A DNA stretch of 63,910 nucleotides, the filler included, from an uncultured bacterium (GTDB lineage Bacteria; CAZSTA01): assembly GCA_964609495.1 (NCBI GenBank). It is 8 parts of 8 records of this genome, joined end to end, with 100 filler letters (N's around TTAATTAATTAA, not from the genome) between each part and the next. Parts side by side here need not be neighbours in the genome. Positions count along the whole stretch, not along the records: positions 1 to 8,470 come from CAZSTA010000165.1; positions 8,571 to 16,953 come from CAZSTA010000166.1; 6 more parts are not named here. One strand, given 5' to 3'. This document shows, piece by piece, positions 1 through 8,584 of this stretch; positions within the stretch are counted from its first letter, which is position 1; every line of letters starts with the position of its first letter. Under the pieces are notes generated by a model. That model had not been told where the DNA came from. It worked only from the letters and a program-made list of their open reading frames with translations, and did not search any database. The position numbers and the translations under genes are program-made.

Positions 1-73
1 TCGGACTTAGGCTGGTCAATCAGGCTTGCAGTTTCCCCTACAAGCCCACGACCTTTAGTCGTGGGTCGTTGAC
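1..73 (-). ncRNA. 5' part of an IscB/IsrB-associated omega RNA (HEARO-like) at the end of an IS200/IS605-superfamily element, truncated by the window start
   Basis: Minus strand reads GTCAAC-GA-CCCACGAC-TAAAG-GTCGTGGG-CTTGTAGGGGAAACTGCAAGCC-TG-ATTGAC-CAGCCTAAG. This gives a perfect 8-bp stem with a TAAAG loop, a GGCTTG/CAAGCC stem and a GTCAA/TTGAC closing stem followed by CAGCCTAAG, the layout I recognise for HEARO/omega RNA 5' ends. Confidence 0.7.
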
Positions 74-402
74 CTTAATTTATATTTCTCATCTTTAGGA
101 AAGATCAATTCGAATCTCGGCACTTCCTCATAATTATCAAAGTCATCCACAATAGTTAGAGGAACCACAGCCACGCCAGTTATAATGTCGCCTGCCTCAA
201 GTCTTACCCCTTCGTTGAGTATCATATCAGCTACATCATTTAATAAAGCCGCTGATTTTTGATCTACCTGACGTATAACTAATTCCCTAAAGCCGAATTT
301 ATTCAGGCCATGAGTATGAGCCTCCGTCCTCCCGCTTCTAGGATAGAATACATAGTGGATGATAATCTCCTTCTCCACATCTATCCATTTCTGATCATCC
401 AT
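55..402 (-). CDS. Hypothetical protein (HTHGL-xx-FG-xx-E motif, DUF4261-like)
   Basis: ORF 55..483, with a better start at ATG 402 preceded by GGAGG. The last codons and the stop lie inside the omega-RNA element. Confidence 0.6.
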   Translation of the reverse strand: MDDQKWIDVEKEIIIHYVFYPRSGRTEAHTHGLNKFGFRELVIRQVDQKSAALLNDVADMILNEGVRLEAGDIITGVAVVPLTIVDDFDNYEEVPRFELIFPKDEKYKLRSTTHD

Positions 403-530
403 AATAATCCTCCATCCAATGAATTTAAAATATCTCCATCTCTCCCAATCAAACCCAAGATAGGCAATCAGTAGAGAGATCATAGACTTGAGTGAGATGA
501 CTGAGCTTACTTACCATCTTTATTGATCTA

Positions 531-559
531 ATTATATTTAATATATACTAAGAAGTCAA
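531..559 (-). promoter_or_regulatory. Sigma70-type promoter
   Basis: TTGACT-17 bp-TATAAT on the minus strand, upstream of the 402 start. Confidence 0.55.
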
Positions 560-601
560 GGCTATTTTACCAGATTTAGGATAAATATCAGGAAGTTAAG
601 C

Positions 602-700
602 AGTTTCAAAAAGATAACTTATTATTCTTAGTTCTTCGCTAGCGAGTTCAAGACCCATCTCGAACATCTCCGACAGAATAGCCAGAAACTTTTTTGAAAC
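602..700. repeat. MITE-like repeat family B, copy 1
   Basis: Inverted ends GTTTCAAAAAG...CTTTTTTGAAAC. Its core TTATTCTTAGTTCTTCGCTAGCGAGTTCAAGAC...ATCTCGAACATCTCCGACA recurs at 49176-49268 and partly at ~33914-33945. Confidence 0.65.
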
Positions 701-716
701 GACTACTTAATTTTGT

Positions 717-745
717 TTGACAAATAATTATATTTAAGTTAAAAT
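717..745 (+). promoter_or_regulatory. Sigma70-type promoter of pspA
   Basis: TTGACA-17 bp-TAAAAT. Confidence 0.55.
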
Positions 746-934
746 TAAGGTTGAAAAGTTAATTTAGCCTGGAAGGGAATCTCAATTTATCGCTTGGAGA
801 GCTTTATAAACCTAGGATAGGGATAAAAGGATTGTTAAAAAATGAAACTTTTTAGCTTAATTCCTATATTTATAGTTAGAATATCGAATTCCGTCAGAAT
901 CAGTTAAGATATTAAAATTAGGAGGGATAACAGA

Positions 935-1612
935 ATGGGATTAATAGACAGAATCAAGACCCTGGTCAAGGCTAACTTAAATGATCTCATCAGCCGTGCT
1001 GAGGATCCTGAGAAGATCCTGAATCAAGCCCTGCAGGATATGCATCAGAATCTATACGAGGCTAGAATAGAGGTAACTAAGACTGCGGCTGAGGAGAAGA
1101 AGCTGGAGAGGGAATATCGAACCAATAAAGCTCTAGCCGAGGAATGGGAGAAAAAAGCTGAGTTAGCGGTTAAGAAGGGAGATGAGTCCCTGGCTAGAGA
1201 GGCGCTTCGCAGGAAGAGAGGATATGATAACCTAGCTGAGAGCTTCAAGGAGCAGTGGGAGGAGCAGAAGAAGATCGTCGCTTCCTTAAAAGTGCAACTA
1301 GCCGCGCTTGATGCCAAGATCGATGAGGCAGAGCGAAAGCGAAGGGTACTAATCGCTCGTCAGAAGAGAGCTGCTGCTCAGAAGGTCATACATGAGGCTA
1401 TGGCTGAAGTAGCCGATACTACCGCCTTTGAAGCTATGGATAGGATGGAGGCGAAGGTATCCGATATAGAGGCTAGAGCTGAGGCGGCGGCAGAGATAAG
1501 CGTTGATGAGTTAGAGGACGAATTCGAGAAGATGGAAGAGGACAGCGAGATCGAAAATGAGTTGAAGAAGCTTAAAGCTAAGGTAGAAGATGAAGCCGCT
1601 TCCGAAGGATAG
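935..1612 (+). CDS. pspA: PspA/IM30 family phage shock protein
   Basis: Starts MGLIDRIKTLVKANLNDLISRAEDPEKIL; contains A-V-x-x-G-D-E-x-L-A-R-E-A-L and FEAMDRME motifs; 225-aa coiled coil; AGGAGG RBS. Confidence 0.93.
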   Translation: MGLIDRIKTLVKANLNDLISRAEDPEKILNQALQDMHQNLYEARIEVTKTAAEEKKLEREYRTNKALAEEWEKKAELAVKKGDESLAREALRRKRGYDNLAESFKEQWEEQKKIVASLKVQLAALDAKIDEAERKRRVLIARQKRAAAQKVIHEAMAEVADTTAFEAMDRMEAKVSDIEARAEAAAEISVDELEDEFEKMEEDSEIENELKKLKAKVEDEAASEG

Positions 1613-1731
1613 TTTATAGAATATGGCTTGAAATCCTTTAGGCTTTGGGCTAGGAGATTGATTTGCCACTTTATTGAATAAGCGTCAATGTTTACATAAC
1701 TGTGTAGTATATAAATTCACTCTCTTGGGCC

Positions 1732-1760
1732 TTGACTCTCTTTCAATACTTTGGTATAAT
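1732..1760 (+). promoter_or_regulatory. Strong sigma70 promoter with no downstream CDS
   Basis: TTGACT-17 bp-TATAAT with an extended -10 (TGgTATAAT). Confidence 0.55.
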
Positions 1761-1790
1761 TAAGCTAGCCTCCACTTGAGTGTGACCACA

Positions 1791-1832
1791 GGGATTGGAG
1801 TTGTAGTTTTTAGCTCCAGTCCTTATTCTTTT
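1791..1832 (+). terminator. Intrinsic terminator-like hairpin
   Basis: GGGATTGGAG (1791-1800) pairs with CTCCAGTCCT (1814-1823), followed by TATTCTTTT. Confidence 0.55.
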
Positions 1833-1941
1833 AGGTAATAGACACCTCTAAACTTTGTCTTATCTCCCCCGAAATAAAGCTATGTTTTTGCCCTTAAAGG
1901 TATTTCCCTAAACTCCCCCTAGAATCAAGGAGCTATGACTT

Positions 1942-4014
1942 CTACCTTCCTAAATCAGCTCCTTGTTGGAGCAAAGTCTTCTGTAATAGAGGGACATCCA
2001 AGGAACGAGGGGTCGAACCAGTCTTAATGCATAGAGCGGCGGCTACTCCGGCCGCTTCTCCAGTAGCAGTGCAAACGGGCATTATGCGGGTAGAACCATA
2101 AGCGATGTGCGTGACGGATATATCTCTTCCTGCGACCAGTAAATTATCTATCATCTTGGGAACGAGACAGCGATAGGGTATATCGAACGATTCGCCTGGC
2201 TCTAGCTTCAATCCCGCTACTCCTCCCCCTCCACAGCCATCAGCGCAATGGATATCTATCTGGAATGCGCTTCTAGCGATCACATCAGGAAATTTTCGAG
2301 CGCTGAGGACATCCTCCCCAGTTAAGATATATTCCCCTATGATCCGCCTGCTCTCTCGAATCCCCACTTGAGTGGCGGTCGTCATAAGATAGGAGTTGGA
2401 GAAGCCGGGGATGTATTTCTTCAACACCCTCATCAAAGCCATAACTTGCTTTCTACTCTCTATCTCAGCATAAGTCAGATCTTCGATTTTAGTCGGATTC
2501 ACCCATTCCACCTGGGTGGCATTTATGGATACTACTCCGGGAAGGGGAGTAACATCAATATATACGTTATAGATCGGCATATCCGTAGGGAAATCCCCAT
2601 TCTTAACCGCAGTCTTGAAGATATCGCTGAATCCTCGGTGGAGATTCTCATAACGGAGATGGCGATTCTGATACTTCATCACCTTGTCCATATCCACATT
2701 TCCCACACGAAACATAAGGGTCATCGCTTGAGTTAGTTCATCTAAGCCCCTTCCTTGCTCAAAAGGGGCGCCTGCGGAAACCGCTATATCTCCATCGCCC
2801 GTAGCATCGATAACGATATCAGCGATAATAACATATCTACCAGCTTTCGTCTCGACCACAACCCCCTTTATAACTCCCTCCTTGACTATAGCCTCGGTCG
2901 CCAGAGTATGAAACATAAGTTTAACCCTGGCTTCCTCTACCATCTGATTTAGCACATATTTCAATATCTCTGGATCGAACTCATAAATCCCTAGCTCATA
3001 CTTATTCTCAATAACCCCTCCCAATTGCCTCAACCTTCCAATTATCTCCAGAAAGATCCCCTTGATGATCTGCTCTCTACCTGCTTTGGAGGACATAAAG
3101 GGATATACTAAGCCCGCAGTCGCCATCCCTCCTAGAAATCCGTATCTTTCTACTAACGTTACCTCCACTCCATTGCGGGCCGCAGCCACCGCGGCGGCAG
3201 TTCCTGCTAACCCGCCTCCGATAACCGCTACCTGAGTCTCTATAACCCCGGCGATGCCCTCTTGTAATTCTATCTCCTCTAAACTATATCCCTCTTTTAC
3301 AACTTCGGGAAGATAAGAGGCGGATACACCCTTTTTATCAGGGAAAAACTTCCTCTTCCGCTCACTATCCTCCTTCTCCTTAGCTCTTCTTATCTCAGGA
3401 TTAGTCCCCTCCAATCTGATATTATCGAAGAAAAGGGTGTTAGAGCTTCGCATCTCCTTGAAGGTCTGCCAACAGCCGATCCTGATTATATTTTTGGTAT
3501 CCATCCCCGCCGAAGTGAAGGAGGTGATGGGGATCTTAAGCTGATTCCATTTTCCAGGTATCAGATCGAATATCTGGGTTAAGGTAGTAGTTCCATCCTC
3601 GAATCTCAGATGCCACTTGATAAGATAAGATTGGGGATTATAAACATCCATCACGAAGCGATCATATTTAGACCAATCCTTATAGGGATAGCCTCTTTGG
3701 TGGTAATAGGAATATATTCCAGATCTCTTATCATCTTCGGAATATCCCTTGAAGAACTTTATCTTTAAGGAATGAGTCCCTTGCGTCCGGTGTTCTCCTG
3801 ACCACTCCAGATAAGTATTCACCAGCATAGAGACGAAGTTCCCCACCTCCTCCTTCTCCTCGAAGTAGTTGAGTTCGGTGAGTATCCATTGGCTAGATTC
3901 TTGGCAATAGCCTAGCTCAATATCAGTTGTTGAGATATAGAAGACGGAAAGTAAAAAGCAGAAGATAAAAAATAGAGAGCAGAAAAATTTCGATCCCCAA
4001 TCTCCGATTTTCAC
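1942..4014 (-). CDS. Exported or membrane-anchored FAD-dependent oxidoreductase (FAD_oxidored type) with an N-terminal carbohydrate-binding-module-like domain
   Basis: Motifs VAVIGGGLAGTAAAVAAARNG, ERYGFLGGMATAG, IDATGDGD, GIRESRRIIGEY, IPYRCLVP and STRIMPVC. N-terminal hydrophobic segment and a DWSKYDRFVMDVYNP beta-sandwich. GTG 4014 has a GGAGG RBS. Confidence 0.85.
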   Translation of the reverse strand: MKIGDWGSKFFCSLFFIFCFLLSVFYISTTDIELGYCQESSQWILTELNYFEEKEEVGNFVSMLVNTYLEWSGEHRTQGTHSLKIKFFKGYSEDDKRSGIYSYYHQRGYPYKDWSKYDRFVMDVYNPQSYLIKWHLRFEDGTTTLTQIFDLIPGKWNQLKIPITSFTSAGMDTKNIIRIGCWQTFKEMRSSNTLFFDNIRLEGTNPEIRRAKEKEDSERKRKFFPDKKGVSASYLPEVVKEGYSLEEIELQEGIAGVIETQVAVIGGGLAGTAAAVAAARNGVEVTLVERYGFLGGMATAGLVYPFMSSKAGREQIIKGIFLEIIGRLRQLGGVIENKYELGIYEFDPEILKYVLNQMVEEARVKLMFHTLATEAIVKEGVIKGVVVETKAGRYVIIADIVIDATGDGDIAVSAGAPFEQGRGLDELTQAMTLMFRVGNVDMDKVMKYQNRHLRYENLHRGFSDIFKTAVKNGDFPTDMPIYNVYIDVTPLPGVVSINATQVEWVNPTKIEDLTYAEIESRKQVMALMRVLKKYIPGFSNSYLMTTATQVGIRESRRIIGEYILTGEDVLSARKFPDVIARSAFQIDIHCADGCGGGGVAGLKLEPGESFDIPYRCLVPKMIDNLLVAGRDISVTHIAYGSTRIMPVCTATGEAAGVAAALCIKTGSTPRSLDVPLLQKTLLQQGADLGR

Positions 4015-4031
4015 TATTTTGACCTCCAATT

Positions 4032-4119
4032 AAAGGGAACTTTTTTACCTTGATCTCTATTTGTGTAAGAGAGGTTGAGAGGAGAATCTCTCTCCCAATT
4101 GCCGGCAAAAGTTCCCTTT
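4032..4119. repeat. MITE-like repeat family C, copy 1
   Basis: Perfect 13-bp terminal inverted repeat AAAGGGAACTTTT/AAAAGTTCCCTTT; a related element lies at 60341-60443. Confidence 0.6.
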
Positions 4120-6326
4120 TACCTTACCTTCACAACAGATAGAGTATTATCCTTGCTATCGGATACATATACATATCTTCCATCAGGGGTAATCGCTACC
4201 TCCAAAGGATCACGACCAACAGGGACGGTTCTTATTACCCTTCGTCTCCTAGTGTCGATAATCATCAGTTTATCCTCCGAGATGCTAGTAGAATAAATAT
4301 ATCGATCATCAGGAGAGGTCGCTATTCCACAAGGTATCCCTCTAGTTCTTATAGTTCCGATAACTTCATCAGCCTGAGTATCAATTATAGATATCCTATC
4401 ATCATTTATATTCGTTGCATAGAGATAACGACCATCAGAGGATATCGCTAAATTATAAGGATCACCGATGGTATTTACACTACCTATCACTTGATCTCGC
4501 TCGGTATCTATAACCCAAATTCTATCGCTATAGTAGTTACTGGCGTAAAGTTTCCCTCCCTCCGGGGTTATCTCCAAATCCTGAATATAATATCCAACCT
4601 TTATCTCCCTTTCCGCTACTTTATTTATAGTCGCCTCGTTTGCTGATATAACGGAGATAAAATCACTGCTATAATTTGCCACATATATCTTGCTCCCATC
4701 TGGTTTCACTGCGATCCCCGTGGGATAATAACCGACTCGGATCGTATTATCTACGATCCCCGTCTCCACATCTATAACCGATACGCTATCCCCTCCGTAG
4801 TTGGTTACATAGAGCCATTTACCATCGGGGGAAAGAGCTAAGCTATAGGGCATCTCTCCTACCTTGATTATATTAGTTATCGTGTTGGTTATAATATCTA
4901 CAACAGATATCCTTCGCCCTCCATAATCAGCTACATATACCTCATCTGGGGAAGAGCCATCTCTCTCATAAGGATGGACAATTAATCCGGTGGGGCGAGA
5001 GCCAACTAATACTTTAGAGGAAGGAAGCTTCCCCTCCTCTACATCTAAAAGGGAATTTAATAGTTTCTCTAATTCTCCTTCCCCAGCTTTATCCAAAATA
5101 TCCTTTTGAATAGGACTAAACCCTTTTTGGCCTTCAGCTATTAGGGAGTTTAACTCCTGGAGAGCGACTCTAGCCTCCTTATATCTCTTATCCGCTAGCA
5201 AACTTTTGGTCAACCAGTAATGAGCTTTTATAAGTCGAGAAGAACCTCGGATTTGTTTTCTATATATCTCGCTTGCTCTCTGATAATCTCCCTTTGTATA
5301 AGCAGAATCTCCAGCTTCATACAGATATCTACTTAAAGCATTATAGATATCATTATCATAAGGATCAGCCTCCAGAGCCGATGTTAATTCCGCTTCCGCT
5401 TTTCTATAATCTCCGGTTTTAAGGGCTATCCTACCCAGCCAAAGATGAGCCTTCTTCGCGATATATAAACTTCTGATATCGACCTCTGATATCTCTTCTA
5501 TCCATCTTATCGCCTCTTCATATTGGCTTTGATGGAAGAGAGTAGCGATATATTCGAAGGGCCAAGCTGAGATCTCCTCGGCTGAATCGGCATCGAGTCG
5601 CAAGGCCTCCTTGAACTCCTCCAGAGCCTCTTGATATCTTCCCATCTCTCGATAGGTTCTTCCTAACCAATAGTGGGCTTTGGAGAAATCAGGCTTTAGC
5701 TGGGCTGATTTTTTATAGTATTCGGTTGCTTTCTCATAATCCCTTCGGCTATAGCTCTGATAACCAAGTTTATAATATCGCTTATATAGATCTTTTGCCT
5801 CTCTCGATATCTCGCCTATATCTGATTGACCTATCTCCGATTTCTTTATATAGCTCCACTCAAGCATATCGCGAGCTTTAGTGAAATTTGGATCTAATTC
5901 TAAAGCTTTCTCATAGAAGGCGATAGCTTGGTCATAATCTCCCCTACTGTAATACTCATATCCCTGCTGGTTATAGAAATCAGGACTATCAATGAGTTCG
6001 AGGAGAAGTTTTGCCTCGGAGTAATTGGGATCAACTTTCAAAGCCTCGATAAAGCTCCTCTTAGCTTTAGCGAAGTCAAGGAGGCGGATATAGGTCTTTC
6101 CGAGCCAGAAATATGCTTTAGCGAAGTCGGGATTTAAAGCGATAGATTTCTCCAGAGAATCCACAGCTTGTTTGAAATTACCCTGGCTATAGTGACCATA
6201 TCCCTTCAAATAGTATTGTTTATTATCGGCAGGATTTGAGTCGGAGGCGAAAGAGGCGAGGGTAAAATTATATAAAATCCCCAGGATGATAATAGCTAAT
6301 GTTGTAATTCTCCTTCTAGTTATCAT
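4119..6326 (-). CDS. Exported TPR-repeat protein with a C-terminal YVTN/YncE beta-propeller
   Basis: Signal-like N-terminus (MITRRRITTLAIIILG), about 9 TPR motifs (e.g. AYFWLGKTY, AHYWLGRTY), then repeats such as PDGKWLYVTNYGGDSVSVID. Confidence 0.85.
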   Translation of the reverse strand: MITRRRITTLAIIILGILYNFTLASFASDSNPADNKQYYLKGYGHYSQGNFKQAVDSLEKSIALNPDFAKAYFWLGKTYIRLLDFAKAKRSFIEALKVDPNYSEAKLLLELIDSPDFYNQQGYEYYSRGDYDQAIAFYEKALELDPNFTKARDMLEWSYIKKSEIGQSDIGEISREAKDLYKRYYKLGYQSYSRRDYEKATEYYKKSAQLKPDFSKAHYWLGRTYREMGRYQEALEEFKEALRLDADSAEEISAWPFEYIATLFHQSQYEEAIRWIEEISEVDIRSLYIAKKAHLWLGRIALKTGDYRKAEAELTSALEADPYDNDIYNALSRYLYEAGDSAYTKGDYQRASEIYRKQIRGSSRLIKAHYWLTKSLLADKRYKEARVALQELNSLIAEGQKGFSPIQKDILDKAGEGELEKLLNSLLDVEEGKLPSSKVLVGSRPTGLIVHPYERDGSSPDEVYVADYGGRRISVVDIITNTITNIIKVGEMPYSLALSPDGKWLYVTNYGGDSVSVIDVETGIVDNTIRVGYYPTGIAVKPDGSKIYVANYSSDFISVISANEATINKVAEREIKVGYYIQDLEITPEGGKLYASNYYSDRIWVIDTERDQVIGSVNTIGDPYNLAISSDGRYLYATNINDDRISIIDTQADEVIGTIRTRGIPCGIATSPDDRYIYSTSISEDKLMIIDTRRRRVIRTVPVGRDPLEVAITPDGRYVYVSDSKDNTLSVVKVR

Positions 6327-6346
6327 CGTTATTGATAATTCACTCC

Positions 6347-7549
6347 TTATAACTCGACGCTGACTGAGAGAAGCCAATCGCTCTTTTCACTTTTATTAAC
6401 GGATTTGTCGCTTTTTAGCTCACTTATCTCAAGAGAAGGCAACAGCATATCAATATTGAAATCCCCGGCCTTATATCCCATACCAGTAGTTATAAATAGA
6501 GTCGCGTTGTAGCCCTCTTCTGGCTTTCCCTGAGCGCGGCGGGAAGTGAAAATATAATAACTAGGTATTAGTCCTATGCGAAGTGCCAAATTTTTGGAGG
6601 CCCAACTTTCCACCCCTAATCTACAAGCTATATTCACCCCTTTTATAACCCACCAATTATCTTGAGAAAAGCTATATTCTCTTCGGGAGGATAAAATCTC
6701 TCCAGTTAAAACTAATAAGGTCCTCTCCTCTATCTTGAAATTTGTGCCGAGTCTGAAGATCAACTCGGTATAATCTTCCTCAACTTCCTCGCTATCAGCG
6801 GATCTTTCGGAGTTCCAATCTATAGAGCCGATAAGGATCGAAAATCCGTATAAATTTCGGGGATGATATCTCAATCTCAAGGAAGCCCCTAAATCGATCT
6901 GAACATAACCATAATTCGAGGTGTTGCTATTAAAATAATTCCCATAGTTGAGGATTAGAGCTATATCTTTTGCGGCATCAAACTGATAACTACCTCCAAG
7001 TATTAGACCCACCTCAGAGCTATTCCATTCGGTCTCTTGAGACGATGGTAAATTATGAAATCGACCAGAGTTAGAGCTAATATCTAAGCCCAAACCACAG
7101 GAGAGCTTAGAGGTGAGCCTCGTCCCTCCCCGGAGACCGAATCCCCACAGAGCATCGCTTGCCCCTCCCCCTGTTAGAAATTCTCGCTCTGTTCCCTCAA
7201 ATTCTGTATAAGCACAGACTCCCACCTCTCTTCCTCCGATGTTCAGAGGGATAATCCCTCCAAGTTGTAAGAGCAGATTCGAGGTGGAATCCGTATTCGA
7301 TCCTGTAGAAGAGCGGGATACTTCTCCGAGATAAGCGATATTATATATCCTCATCTCCTCCATATAATCCACTAAACCAGCGGGATTGAGAGTTATATCA
7401 GTTTCCCAATCCTCAATCATACCTCTTATCCCTCCCAGCGCTTCTATTCGAACGGAGGAAGATCTTGAGCCTAGCGCGTAGGAGACGATAGGATAAGAGA
7501 TGAAGATAATTAGCAATTGAGTTAGAAATATAGCTCGCAACTTTGGCAT
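6347..7549 (-). CDS. Outer-membrane beta-barrel protein, FadL/PorV-like
   Basis: Signal peptide; N-terminal motif SVRIEALGG...DITLNPAGL; alternating amphipathic strands; GVESW...LALRIG near the C-terminus. Confidence 0.6.
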   Translation of the reverse strand: MPKLRAIFLTQLLIIFISYPIVSYALGSRSSSVRIEALGGIRGMIEDWETDITLNPAGLVDYMEEMRIYNIAYLGEVSRSSTGSNTDSTSNLLLQLGGIIPLNIGGREVGVCAYTEFEGTEREFLTGGGASDALWGFGLRGGTRLTSKLSCGLGLDISSNSGRFHNLPSSQETEWNSSEVGLILGGSYQFDAAKDIALILNYGNYFNSNTSNYGYVQIDLGASLRLRYHPRNLYGFSILIGSIDWNSERSADSEEVEEDYTELIFRLGTNFKIEERTLLVLTGEILSSRREYSFSQDNWWVIKGVNIACRLGVESWASKNLALRIGLIPSYYIFTSRRAQGKPEEGYNATLFITTGMGYKAGDFNIDMLLPSLEISELKSDKSVNKSEKSDWLLSVSVEL

Positions 7550-7630
7550 CTTTGAGCAATTAATATGGTCGTTAGATCCTCTGAGCTAACGACCGATATT
7601 TATATCTCCACCTAAAAATTTTGGGAAGGA

Positions 7631-8074
7631 TTAACCATCCTCCGGGATTTCGGTAGGTAAGATGGGTAAGGAGGCTTGGGGAGCGCCGGATAGAGCTACG
7701 CTATTCCAGGTCAACTTGAAATTTCCCCGAGCTTTCTCCATATATAGGTTCACACGCCATGTCCCCATTTCGGCATTTGCTACCTTTATCTCGTCATACC
7801 AATTCCCAGGCTGATTTACCTCGGCATCATATATAGGTTTTTCACTAGGATTTAGAACAGTTATTCTACATAGACCTTCTTGAAGATTAAGGGTATAATT
7901 TATATCTAACTTAGCTGGAGTACTAAGGCGGATCATTCGGCTATATGTCATAGTTCTATTATAAAAATATAAAGGGGAAGTAGGAGGATAACCAATATAT
8001 ACTCCAATAGTGAAAGCCATAACTACTATAGCTATAATAACTATTACGATCAATGCTAGACACCCTTTATACAA
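7631..8074 (-). CDS. Hypothetical membrane-anchored protein
   Basis: 147-aa ORF with an N-terminal TM helix and a beta-rich soluble part; GAGGAGGGG RBS before the TTG start. Confidence 0.65.
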   Translation of the reverse strand: MYKGCLALIVIVIIAIVVMAFTIGVYIGYPPTSPLYFYNRTMTYSRMIRLSTPAKLDINYTLNLQEGLCRITVLNPSEKPIYDAEVNQPGNWYDEIKVANAEMGTWRVNLYMEKARGNFKLTWNSVALSGAPQASLPILPTEIPEDG

Positions 8075-8584
8075 AATACATCCCCTCCTCTGGATTTACA
8101 GTTAGTATGATCTATCTACTCTATTATACAACTTTCTAGTCAAGTTGACAAGTTTTTTTACTTTAAGTCAAAGCAATGTAAACTTTGTTTGTGCTGGGGA
8201 ATGTGATTCTCCCCCTCACCCCATCCCTCTCCTACGAGGAGAAAATAGTAAATTATAAGAGATGATAGATAGATCACTGTTAAAGAGGTCTCAAGACTAT
8301 CAAGCTTGCACCTATCCTAAATTAGATGATCAGTTAAGAAATATCACTTAAAACAGAGATATAGTAAGACGAGGAAAGACAAAAACTGCTACTTTCTCGA
8401 TCCGAAATTGGGCGAACTTAAGCAGGGTAGAGGGCAGGAATCGGGAAAACTATCTAAATCAGATGAGCAANNNNNNNNNNNNNNNNNNNNNNNNNNNNNN
8501 NNNNNNNNNNNNNNTTAATTAATTAANNNNNNNNNNNNNNNNNNNNNNNNNNNNNNNNNNNNNNNNNNNNGGGGAGAGGGGGAG

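Noticed and set aside
843-868. TGAAAC motif upstream of pspA resembling a SigW-type ECF promoter
   Set aside because: The -10 element (CGTA at 16 bp) is not matched; the evidence is too weak.
7562-7600. Hairpin GGTCGTTAG/CTAACGACC upstream of the barrel gene
   Set aside because: Single copy, no U-tract and no recognisable riboswitch core; function cannot be supported.
8471-8570. Recurring TTAATTAATTAA flanked by N runs (also 16954, 25412, 33801, 42133, 50463, 58564) and ORFs ending in X...LIN
   Set aside because: Artificial all-frame-stop contig linker, not biology. Genes on opposite sides of a linker are not neighbours.
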